From assembly GCF_006345805.1 (NCBI RefSeq), contig NC_043000.1, positions 6,262,001 to 6,326,000 on the forward strand: a DNA stretch of 64,000 bases, written 5' to 3'. This document shows, one piece after another, positions 52,400 to 64,000 of this stretch. Position numbers and translations under genes: made by a program. This DNA comes from Octopus sinensis (taxonomy: Eukaryota). The notes beneath the pieces were generated by a model, which saw only the letters and a program-made list of their open reading frames with translations, was not told where the DNA came from and did not search any database. Numbering within the stretch: position 1 is the first letter of the stretch; the number at the start of each line of letters is the position of its first letter.

Positions 52400-53620
52400 G
52401 TTAACTTGGAAACAGGCACCTACATATCTGTGGCTTTCAATTGGTTAAAATTATCCCAAATTTGCAAACTTCGAAAGCTACTAACTCTTTATTTATTGAT
52501 TTGTGGTGAAAATGAATTTTATGGCAATGATTACCATACAAAACTACATCAACTCACCAAATATGAAATCGATTGGAAAAAAAATTGAAGAAATTGAAAA
52601 GTGGCAGTAAAGCTCCAGTACTGTTAATTTCAAATCCTTCCCATTATGGACTCAACTCCACGGAAGATGAAACAAACACTAATGAACTGGACTTTCATCA
52701 GGTTCTGAATACACGTCAAATGAAAGTATAAGTTGAAATCTTTCCACACAAGAAAGCTTTAATGATCTTGTAAAAAATCTAGAACTATTAAAGATAAGGC
52801 AAAACTTCTCATCTGCCATTTGAAGGAAAGACACCTACTCGATGAAAGCAGCAGTGAGTTACTATAGAAAGTGAAAATTTGATTTTGCAGTGTGTGTCAA
52901 GGTGAATGGCTTTTCCATTATTGTTATGTTATTAATGGATATTTTTACAAGTTTTATCTGAAAGGGATGTTGTATGTGAATGGTAATCTTTTATAGATTC
53001 ATCTCTAGGAAATTTAAAAGCTGGTTTATAGCATAAAAGAAATTTAAAGCCATCTGTCCCCATAGAGCATTCAATATATTTAAAAGAATCATATGTAAAC
53101 ATGGAGGTCCTTTTTAAAGTAGTTCAGTACAATCATTACCAATGGAATGTTTGTGGAGAGCTTAATGTAACTGCTATATTAATGGGTATGCACAGGGAAT
53201 TCACTGAACAGTGATGCTTTTTATGTCTGTGATACAGTTGCAATATTATAGAGAATTATAATAGAAGAGAATGGTCAAACAGGGCTTCCGAAACACCTAA
53301 AAGAAATGATGTTCAATCAGTTCCTTTAATCGATCCAAATAAAAATATAAATGCCATCTCTTCACATTAAAACTTGGTTTAATAAAGATATTTATAAAGG
53401 CCATGGGTAAAGAAAATTCAAGAGAATTTCCAACTCTCAGAAATATTTACTAAATTAAATGCTACAAAAATTAAAGAGGGCTTTTTTTCTTTATATCGGA
53501 TTGCAAAACCCAGAGGTATTATAAGATAGAAGTTTTCATGAAATGTTAACAGTACCTAAGAGAAAAGCATGACATATTTTCAAATGAGTCTGTGCTAGCA
53601 TCTTAAGAAATTAAGATACT
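52400..53620 (+). pseudogene. Decayed Chapaev3-like (CMC) DNA transposase
   Basis: Broken frames give FNDLVKNLEL..KAKLL, FIDSS..LKA.L.H....PSVPI.HS.YLKESY, QWNVCGELNV.AILMG, CFLCL, P.LHIKLGLIK.FIKAM and AKIKEG-like motifs as I recall them for Chapaev3; many stops and frameshifts. Confidence 0.7.
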
Positions 53621-55699
53621 ACCCTCGTTGATGGGTAACCTGCAGCACAGCTTGCAGGGTCCATGTTTCATTCCACATATATATTCTCATACAGAAGATG
53701 TGTTAACTAATCTAATTAAAAACTTATTTTATTTATTAAACCAACTAATCACAAATTGCAGCATTTAAATACAAAAAACAAAAAAAAACAGAAAAAAAGG
53801 TAGGGGTTAAGCAGAAGATGGAGGGGGAGAGTGCGATGGGCCACCCCCCAGAACAAAGGATGAGCTCAGCCATGTCCCATGGAGAATGGCCAACAACTCT
53901 TGCAGCAGCAACTATTCCATCTCACGGTAAAATAATGCAAAGGTAAAGTTTGAACCAATGTTTTTTAGATCAATAGTCCAGAACAATGATTCTACTATAA
54001 TCTCTGGTATATCTTTATATCTAATTAAGATTTTTTTTTTTGTCTAAGCAATAAAGGCAAAAGCAAAACTTATCAACAAGTGATCTCTTTTACAAGTGGT
54101 ACTAATTATAGTTGAACACTCATCGGCACATTTTGGAGGATTCCATTGTTGCTAATACGAAAAGCCTACCATAAATACAATCATTCATGGAGAAACTCAA
54201 AGATAATTGGTATTAGCAAGAGATATGACTAAGAGCAGGCTAATTGGAGATTAAGAGTCTTAATTTGCATTTTGCTTTTCCATAACCTATGTCTACATAG
54301 AGAACAAAGAAAATAGGGAACAATGATGGTCGTAATAATACTGGTGGTGGTGGAGGTAATGAATCCCATATTAATAGCAATGTGAGAGTGCGTACAGTTA
54401 GAATAAGGAAGGGTTTGAGAGTTTATGTTAGAGTGTTGCAAGGTGCAAAGTTTGCTTCCTAACCACATGGCTCTGGGTTCAATCTCACAGTGTGGCATCT
54501 TGGACAAGTAACTTCTACTACAGCCCCAGGTAAACCAAAGCCTTGTGAGTGGATTTGGTAGAAAGAAACTGAAAGAAGCTTGTGGTGTGTATATATTTGA
54601 TGTGTGTATGTGTGTTTGTCCACCACCAACACTTGACAACCAGTGTTGGTATGTTTACATCCTCATAACTTAGCAGTTCAGCATAAGAGACTGATCAAAA
54701 GATAAGTAGTGGAGCTGATTTATTCAATTGAAGCAGTCTTTCTCAACCATTTGGACTCCTCTGATTCCTATTATATTAGGATGGACCCTCATAACCATCC
54801 TACGTTTAAAAAACCCTATTATATTTTTGTAACTAAATATTATTAGGAATTGGATAAAATAAATCATTAAAATACTTTGTGTACTGTATAAGTATAACCA
54901 AATAATCGCACATAAGTTTTAACAAAATCTTCTATGGACCCCCAAGAGCCATAAGACCCTGGTTGAATACCACTGGACCAAAGCATTTCAAGGTGGTGCC
55001 CCAGCATGGCCAGCCCAATAACAGAAACAAGTAAAAGAAAGATGATAAAAGAAGATACTGACAAATTGTTGGAAAGGCCACCAAATGGTTGAAGTTCTGA
55101 AGTTTGGTAGCAAAAACATTCTACATTAGAAGGGGGAAATGGTAATTGATATGTATATAATGTGACTACGATTGAGTGTATATTCATATGCAGATTATAA
55201 TTGTGTGTTGTGCAAATGTGAGCGTATGGATGTGTGCATAATATCACATGATTATTTGTCTGTGCATTTATGTGTATAAGTATATGAGTATCATATTACA
55301 AATTAAGGAAGCAATTAAGGAAGTGTGTATGAATCTTAGTGGTTATTGTCCGGTTAGTGGTTTAGTAGTTTTTTGTCTACTAAATATTTATGTTGTCTGT
55401 GTATTCGTTTGTAAATGAATCAATTTTCCTGCAAGTATCTGTTTACAGGTTAATTTAGGTGGCTGACTTTGGGCTTTCACTCCACTGAACACCACCATCT
55501 GGCTTCCCTCTGGGTATCACAGCAGAGTCTAGTTTGATGCAAACATTCAGGACAATGTTCTGGTTTGAGGAAAACTTCATTTTTCCCACCCATGAAAGTC
55601 CTGAAAATGGTCGTGCACATGGCCCTTCCTCCTCAGAGTAAGTCATTAAAAAAAAGTATGAGTCTGGCTGTTTACCCACAAGATACATTGAATGTATAT

Positions 55700-55880
55700 A
55701 ATCACATAAAAACACCCATGTAGTGTCACATAAAAGTACCTATGCAGTGACATGTAAAAGCACTCATGCGACACCATGTAAAAGCACCCATGCAGCGCCG
55801 CATAAAAACACTTATGCAGTGGCACATAAAAGTACCCATGCAGTGCCACATAAAAGCACTTGTGTAGTGCCACATAGAAG
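55700..55880 (+). repeat. 24-bp minisatellite (cacataaaagcacccatgcagtgc-like) x8 inside an RTE 3' UTR variant
   Basis: Direct reading; runs into the conserved RTE terminus gtggttggcattaggaagggcatcc. Confidence 0.8.
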
Positions 55881-56390
55881 CACCCAGCACACTCTGTAAA
55901 GTGGTTGGCATTAGGAAGGGCATCCAGCTGTAGAGACCATGCCAAAACAAACTGTTGGTGCAGCTCCCCAGCTTGCCAGCTCTGGTCAAACCGTTCAACC
56001 CATGCCAGTATGGACAACAGATGTTAAATGATGATGATGATGATGATGATCTGATTCATTGAAATCTACTCAAAAGCAAGAGCAAACATGTCACCAATTC
56101 CTCCCCCACCCTCACGAACCACTGACCTCAAGATAATGGAAATCAAATGGTTAAGTAAATATGGTAGACATTGCCAGCCTTATCAACCAGCATGGACAGA
56201 CCTCTCCTGGTAAAGGATGTTTAGATCATTTACAAGAGCAACTCAAATACAAATAACCATTCAGGTGATCTTTGAGCAAAAGCTCTACATTTGTGGCCCT
56301 GAGATTACTAAAGCTCTCCTTGTCTGTGCTCATTCTGAAGTTAAAAACTTTGTTAAATTGATTTTTAATCTATTGAGTGGAGAATTGGGA

Positions 56391-56875
56391 GAAGCAGCAG
56401 CAGCTGCCGTCCAAGAATTTGGACCTGGAGATCTCCATTTCCAGTGATTTCGAGGGCCACCTCCCAGTGGTATCGGGCATCAACAAAGAGCCATCGACTA
56501 CAACAAGACGACCAAAGTTTTTTTTTTTTCCAAGGTCTGGTGTCTCCCGTCCCTAACCCTAGACCATCACCTAATCACCTTTACCCGTCTTGTTGCCTAA
56601 GAAGAAGAACAACAACAACAGCAGCAGCAGCAGTAGTAGTAGCAGCAGCAGCAGCAGCCGTCCAAGAATTTGGACCTGGAGATCTCCATTTCCAACGACT
56701 TCGAGGGCCACCTCCTAGTGGTGTCGGGCGTCAACGAAGAGCCCGTGACTACAACAAGACAACCAAAGTTTTTTTTTCTAAAGTCTGGGGTCTCCCGCCC
56801 CTAAGCCCTAGACCATCACCTAATCACTCTTACCCATCTTGTTGCTTAACAACAACAACAACAGTAGCAGCAGCA
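56391..56875. repeat. Diverged tandem duplication of a ~255-bp unit between CAG/CAA tracts
   Basis: gccgtccaagaatttggacctggagatctccatttcca occurs twice; downstream parts align, with ccctaaccctag/ccctaagccctag. Confidence 0.85.
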
Positions 56876-57039
56876 GAAGGAATGTTTCTCATTCTCTCAA
56901 AATATAAAAATGTCTTAAGCCAACCCCAACATACAAAGACTTTTTATTTTCCTGCGAAACAAACCAATCCATCTTCTCTTGCTGTTCACTCATTTTTCTC
57001 TCTCTTTTGAATTCTGTACATTTGAACCATAGATTGGCA

Positions 57040-57470
57040 GTAGCGGCGGCGGCGGCATTTCATCTTGTGTTCGATAATTTATTCGGTTTCCTTCTTGACC
57101 ACTTCTTCCCCTCTGTCCGTATTTATGCCTCTGATGACTAATGAGGCCAATTCTTGCATGGAAGTGTCTGTTGCAAAGTTCATAGGGGATCCGTGGTGGA
57201 GGCTTTGGTCGTTGCAGCCTCATTTTCTTTCTTGTTGTTTCTCTTCCTCTGTCATTCAGCTTCAAAATGATTTGTCACAGTGGAGATGGTACGATGCCAG
57301 CCAGGCCGGTCCAGAGCATCAATGTCCCAGGCTTTGGGATCGATTCCAGTCAGTTTTAGGCTTGTATCCTTGTATCAAAGGAGAGGATGGCCACGGAGTC
57401 TTCTTCCAGTGCACAGTTCACCATATAAAATTTGATGCAGCAGCCTGATTTCTTTCATCTTCTCTACGTG
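57040..57470 (-). mobile_element. RTE-1/BovB-like LINE 3' fragment
   Basis: CNRHFHARIGLISHQR matches the C-terminal C2H2-like motif of RTE/BovB ORFs. Confidence 0.75.
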
Positions 57471-58766
57471 GCCCACCCATCACAGATGATAGGTACTGAA
57501 CTAGCAACTCAGGAGTTTTGAGTCTGAATTCTGTTCCAAAAGTTTTGTTATGTCACTGAGCTATGCACACACTTTAGATCATATGGAGAACAGGAACCAG
57601 ATTATTTGGAAATATAACCTATAGGAGAATAACCCCTCCAGTGTAAAATTTATCTCTTATCCAACTGATGTTACACAATTAAAGATAATAGCCTGTCTTG
57701 ATGCTCTAGGAGATATTTATCATTTGCCTTCAGCAATACCAATATTGGTTAACCAAATTACAGTTGATAGAAATTTGATGGAATATAAAACCCAGAAGTG
57801 TGAAGCTTCAAGAACTAATATTAACTGGATATTTAGAGGACGTGGAACTGGTCGATAACATTGGAACAGTTAATAACAACACCACTTTAAATTAATACAA
57901 TACGGTTTTAAGTTAAGCTGATTCAGATACAATAAAATATCTATATATACCTATTTCTTTATTACCCACAAGGGGCTAAACATAGAGGGGACAAACAAGG
58001 ACAGACATAGGTATTAAGTCGATTACATCGACCCCAGTGCATAATTGGTACTTGATTTATCGACCCCGAAAGGATGAAAGGTAAAGTCGACCTCGGCGGA
58101 AGTTGAACTCAGAACGTTGCTGCAGACGAAATACCGCTGAGCATTTCGCCCGGCATGCTAACGTTTCTGCCAGCTCACTGCTATATATACCGTTTACATT
58201 TGTTGGAGCGGTGTCCTCATCTTAATTGTTGCTTTCACCATGTTTAGGCTGTGTACAATCCAACCTCAATCAGGTGTCTTGCAATTCACCTGAGTGCCTT
58301 GCCTCAGAGTGAACTCAGAATTTCTAGGTGACTGCATTGCATTAACCAAAGACTTTATCTGCTACATTATGTCCATAAGCAGTGACGGAGTGAATTTTTA
58401 AGGCTTACAAACCTCTCTTGATGTCTTATGTCAACTCCATACCAATTGCATAATACAATTTTATATTTCTGAGACAAAGAATTTATATTATGTACACTAT
58501 TCTCATTAGTCAGATTGGTACTCTCAACTTGATTGTTGCTTTCACTATGTTTCAGCTGTTGTATGCTCCAGCCTTCTTCAGGTGTCTTCTCCCCCTATTG
58601 GGAGTTTTTCGTTGTTATAATTTTTGATTGTTACACTGTTTCTACACGATTTTTTCACAAACGGACAAAACCCTTTGTAACCTTTCGTCTTGTTTTGTCC
58701 CTTTATGTAATAATTGATTTTTGTCAGCCCTTGTGGCCAATAAAAGAATTTATTATTATTATTATT

Positions 58767-59271
58767 GAGTGAGAGAGCAGTTCATGCCATCAAAGTGACA
58801 CTGGGGTAAAATATACGAAGCCCAATATACCCATCATGACTACCCATCTGATAAGGGTACACCAGGCACATGCATCACAACCATATGTGTGCGACATGGT
58901 GATCTCATATCAAGATAAACAGCACATGACCTTGCAGGTGGGGCCCAGTTAGAATTTTCTTCAGGTTGAGTAGCCCATCCCGCTCAAAAGGTCCCTGATT
59001 AAGGGTTGTTTAAGGATGTTGAAAGAACCACCCATGTTTCCAAAGGTGAATTAGTCAAACCTCCAAGAATTCCTCTCAACACATGGCTATGATGCTCCCC
59101 CACTACTTCTGCTCGTGATCAGAGATGCACATATCGTCAGCCACTAAGGGACATGGTCAACTGATTAAGGTCAAACAACTGACAAGCAAATCTGTGGTAT
59201 TGAGCAGAATATTTGCTGTAGCCCATCTTTTATACCAAGACAAAACAATGTACATGATAGCACTTCCAATC
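58767..59271 (-). mobile_element. ~560-bp (TAA)n-associated retroposon, opposite orientation, 5'-truncated
   Basis: Reverse complement of the 43638 copy; (ATT)n on both sides. Confidence 0.9.
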
Positions 59272-60474
59272 TTATTATTATTATTATTATCAGTAGTAGT
59301 AGTAGTAGTAGTAGTATGAAGAGGAGGAGGAGAGAAGAGAAGGGAGAGGAGAAGAATAAGAATGGTAAATTATGGGTATTAATCTCAAAAGATACTCTGG
59401 ACTAAAGCACTTACATTAATTTAATATCAATGTGATAAGCTTTGCATACAGATAATTGTCCCAATATTGCTGCCAGACATGGCTCTAAATATGAAAAAGA
59501 AGTATAGAATCTAAGTTCTTTCGCAAGTTTAATTAAAAACTAATTACATTTATAATCACTCTATAATAACTGCTGTCAGATTTCATCTAATTTATGTCAA
59601 ATGAACTACTTTGGATAACAACAAATAAAATCAAATATTTGCTATGCACCACATCTATCTTGGTCAACTCTTGTGTGTTAAAGGAACCATCAAAGATTAC
59701 TGCAATAAATCTTCCCACTCTAGATTAAAGCTAACTTTTCCTTGAATATGTCAAAACTTCTAACCTTATACATGAATGGCAAATTCTGTCTGTTTGTTAC
59801 CACTTTGCTGCCTACACCCGTGAACCAATCTTGACAAAACTTTGCATACATGTTAAACTAACATCCAGATGAATTATAGGTTGATTTGATTTCAATAAAA
59901 AATATATAATAGGCCCCCTAGTGGTGGTGGTGGGGCTATTAGTTGATAAAATGAGAAGGCTGCAAGAGTGTTATTATGAGAGAAATATGGTGGCATATTG
60001 AGTGTGGCTGATATCAGGGAAGAGGAAATCAAAGTTGTGTAAGCAACAAATATGGAGTGGAAGTGGGATGGTAACATTAATACAGCTGTCATTCAGGGAT
60101 ATACATATGATGCTGCATACATACTTTCGTAAATACATAGATACATGCATACATACAAACACACACACACACACACACACAATGCATACACACAATGCAC
60201 ACACACACACGCACATACAAATAAATAACTTAAAAGATGCTGAGGAAGGGAAAGAATGGTGGGTGTGAGGAATACGTAGCTTTCATCTAATTGGCAACAA
60301 TTGTTCACAGGTGGCTTTTTTTTGAAGAATTTTTAGTCAAATGAATCGACCCCAGTACTTATTTTTTGCAAACCTAGTACTTATTCTATCAGTCCCTTTT
60401 GCTGAATCACTAAGTTACAGGGATGTAAACACACCAACACTAATTGTTTAGTGGTAGTGGAAGACAAAGATATG

Positions 60475-60514
<40 letters not shown>

Positions 60515-61137
60515 ACAGGTTTCTTTCAGTTTCTGTCTACCAAATCCACTCACAAGGCTTTGGTCAGTCTGAGGCTATAGTAGAAGACACTTGCTCAGGG
60601 TGTCAGTGGGACTGAGCCCAGAATCATGTGTTTGGGAAGCAAGCTTCTTACAACACAGCCATGTGTGTGTGTGTGTGTGTGTGTGTTACTGTTTCCTTGC
60701 TTTGACTTTATGTAACAGTTGTAAAATAATGTCACTGACAAATAGACAGTGCCCTTCATTTCCAATTTTCCATGGAAACATGTCTGGCCAGAGGGACTAT
60801 TATGCTACCTAGGAATGGGTGAGGGTTGGCGACAGGCTAGGCATCTGACTGCAGAAAATCCACAACAAATTCTGTCCAATCATTCAAGTATGGAAGAGTG
60901 GACATTATCATAGTTATTATTATTATTATTATTATTATTATCATTATTATTAAGATGGTGAGCTGGCAGAATTGTTAACATGCTGGATGAAATGCTTAGC
61001 GGTATTTCACTCATTACGTTCTGAGTTCAAATTCCATCAAGGTCGACTTTGCCTATCATTCTTTCGAGGTCGATGTGATCCCCTCCCCCAAAATTGCTGT
61101 CCTTGTGGCAAAATTTTAAACCATTATTATTATTGTT

Positions 61138-61169
<32 letters not shown>

Positions 61170-62724
61170 ACGTTATCTACTGAATTACATACTCTCAACT
61201 AAAGCTCACATCTACAGAGAAAGCCATTCAAGTACAGTGGATGTACTAAGATTGTGTCGTCTTATCCACAATGCATATATTTGAATAAATTTCAGGTAGA
61301 TTTTACAAAACTGCTTATATCTTGAATTTTCCATAGTATTTTGAATTTTGTTTCATTTTGTTGTTTGTCTTCTTTTCTTCTTCTAAAAGTAAATGTATAT
61401 GAAAATAAAGTCTAAACTGATGTGAAATCCACCGGGGTTCCTCAAAATAAATACTGATGCCTGTTGTGCATCTTTGACAAAATTGGAAATAATAATATCT
61501 ATTTATAAGAATACTAAAATAATCTGTCAAAAATGACAAGGTAAAAGTAGAAACGTAGTCCTATGCAAGTATAAATATCACAGATAAAACAACAATGTAC
61601 AAAAGAAATAACTGCATGCACTACGTGTTCAGATATACCATTAATACAGTAGTCATTAAGATATATTACATATATATATATATTACATATATATATATAT
61701 TACATATATATATATATTTCAACTGTTCTATACAGCTTATAAGGTATTGTCATTTGAATAGATGGGATTTATTTTATAAAACAATGCTCAAGCATTGTCT
61801 TATGTAACAATGTTTCAACACTTACAATATATCTATCTATCTATCTATATATATATATATATATACATATTTATATATACATCTATCGCTCTCGCTCTCT
61901 CTATCTATATATATATATACACATACATATATATATATACATACATATATACACATACATACTAACATAAATATATATACACATATATACATACTAACAC
62001 ACACATACATATATACTCACATACATTTATACACACATATATATATACACACACATATATATATACACACACACACATATATATATATATTAATATATAC
62101 AACTGGTTTCCTGCATAGCTACAGAATCAAATCTGAAAATCAAAAATTCTCTCCACCCAACCTCTGTTCATGACTGATAAATCAAATTAAGAATAACCAA
62201 TATACTTATTGACTTTATATGAAAATCTGGTCTATTTTGCATAATGTTCAGTTCAAGCAATCTAGCTTTTGCCACTTTCAAAGCTGTTTAGGCTAGAACT
62301 ACACCTGTTTCTAGAAAAAAGATGTAGTACCCCCTAAAAAAAACAAATAATAATAATAATGTGAGATTATCAATGCCCCCAACACAAGTATATTTCAAAT
62401 CTGTTAAATAGGATTGACAAGATGCAGGCATAGCTAATGTGGTTAAGAAGTTTGTTTTGCAAACATGTAGTTTTGGGTTCAGTCCCACAATGTGGCAACT
62501 TCTACTAAAGCTCTAGACTAACTAGTGCCCTGTGAGTAAATTTGGTAGATGGGAACTGTGCAGAACTCTGTGTGTGTTTGTCTCCACCACTTAGTTATTG
62601 GTGTTGCTTTATTTATATCTTTGTAACTTAGTTGTTCGGCCAAAAAGATTGATAAAGCAAGTAAAAGAGTATAAGGTTCAATGAGTTCATCTCAAGATCC
62701 TGAGCACAGGATTCAGTCTTTGTT

Positions 62725-63140
62725 GTTATGTGGTGATTTGTGTGCCTCAATGATCCTGAGAACTATGCCAGTGGAGTGCAGCTCCTGGTAGCACCTCACT
62801 CCCTACCATGCTGAATAGGTCAAAAGATAGAGGCCCCATCTAATATAGACCATCTCTTCTCAAAGGTAAAAAAAAAAAAACATCCCTACCTTGAAAAAAG
62901 CAAAGGTACAGAAGCATCAATGATAATTCAAAACTGACAAGACCTGGGAACAAAAATAAAACCCACAAGGGAGGTAGTAAAGGGGAGACCCTAAAAATAG
63001 CTGGTGTTGGGATACTGAGGTAGAAGTGAAAAAGCAGGGATCAAACAGGATGGAGCAGGAAAGACAGCCTAGGTCAAGAACAGTGGAGAAAAATCATTGA
63101 TGGTCTTTGCTCCATGCAGAATGAAAGGCTTATGTAAGTA
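62725..63140 (+). mobile_element. Internally deleted RTE (5' UTR-like segment fused to ORF end and GTAA tail)
   Basis: tgtgtgcctcaatgatcctgagaactatgcc..ctcctggtag resembles RTE 5' UTRs (from recollection); 62945-63135 encodes a decayed W.PQG..RG.PKNSW..DTE.E.KKQG and ends atgtaagtaag. Confidence 0.55.
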
Positions 63141-63566
63141 AGCGACCTCAAGGCTTGCTTCCACAAAACTTGAACTCAAAGAAATTGTGGAGAGTCAACA
63201 GACAACATTACCCTCACGCCAGAAGAATATAAATGGATTGCAATATCTCTTCAGTGAACAATGATCAGATTTGAAATTCAATTATTGATGACTATTACCA
63301 GACTAAACGAAGCAATAGAGCAAATAGCGTTTAGACATTTCTTTGAGGAGATATGAAAACAATTAATCAGTTTACAATAGAGAAAAAGCATAAACATATC
63401 TAGTGCCAATCATTTTGTCTACCTTTTACAAACTTTACAATTAAGCAGTCATCCCTGGCAACAAAATAGTAAATGATTCATTTGTAATATGCCGCATACT
63501 GGGAAAGGTTTTGCTGAGAGGAAATCTGATAACTTCTAAAGTTTGAAATAAAAGTGTTTGTATATA

Positions 63567-63662
63567 CATCATCATCATCATCATCATCATCGTCGTCATC
63601 ATCAGCATCATCATCATCATCATCATCATCAGCATCATCATCATCATCATCATCATCATCAA
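63567..63662. repeat. (CAT)n microsatellite, tail of a minus-strand RTE terminus
   Basis: Direct reading. Confidence 0.9.
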
Positions 63663-64000
63663 CATCATTGTTTAACGATTGGTCTCCATGTTGGCATGGG
63701 TTGGATGGTTTGATATGGAGCTGTCCAGACTCCAACTGTCTGTTGTGGTGTGATTTCTACAGCTGGATGTCCTTCCTAATGCCAACCACTTAACAAAGTG
63801 TGCTGGGTACTTTTTAGGTGTCACCATCATGGGTGTGTTAACGCAGCACCAGCACAGGTACTTTTTAAGTGGTATCAAAAAGTTCCCAAACTAATACTGC
63901 AGTGCACCAACAGATGGCAGCACACGGTTGCATGCACAGTGAGAACTAGCTGTGACTTTCATGAGGCAGTGTGCCAAGTGACATTACTGTGTTTTCTTCA

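Noticed and set aside
55459-55488. Protein kinase exon (VADFGLS)
   Set aside because: An in-frame TGA follows three codons later and no other kinase motifs are nearby.
56550-56562. Interstitial telomeric repeat
   Set aside because: Fewer than two CCCTAA units; not significant.

Overview
AT-rich eukaryotic DNA whose repeat content (tRNA-derived SINEs, RTE, CR1-like and R4/Dong LINE relics, many TA/AAT/GAT/CA microsatellites) resembles an octopus/coleoid cephalopod genome (inference from repeat families). Most of the window looks like intronic sequence of one unidentified minus-strand multi-exon gene. Candidate exons found by eye lie at 150-385, 7272-7393, 8473-8594, 8990-9069, 10430-10497, 18578-18708, 19025-19110 and possibly 44868-44992; five consecutive ones splice in frame. 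The most unusual region is 11.8-17.5 kb: a ~1 kb palindrome abuts a young 5'-truncated RTE LINE carrying a PHD-type finger, followed by a 3.8 kb array of RTE 3' ends with a 4-unit, ~1.48 kb higher-order repeat. Other notable structures are several fold-back elements (one joining a tRNA-derived head to a Penelope-type hammerhead core), a pile-up of (TAA)n-targeted retroposons at 26-28.8 kb, a 186-bp SINE-derived satellite, a decayed Chapaev3-like transposase and an internally deleted RTE. No prokaryotic features, CRISPR array, rRNA or intact tRNA are supported. All calls are by eye; coordinates of old repeats are approximate.
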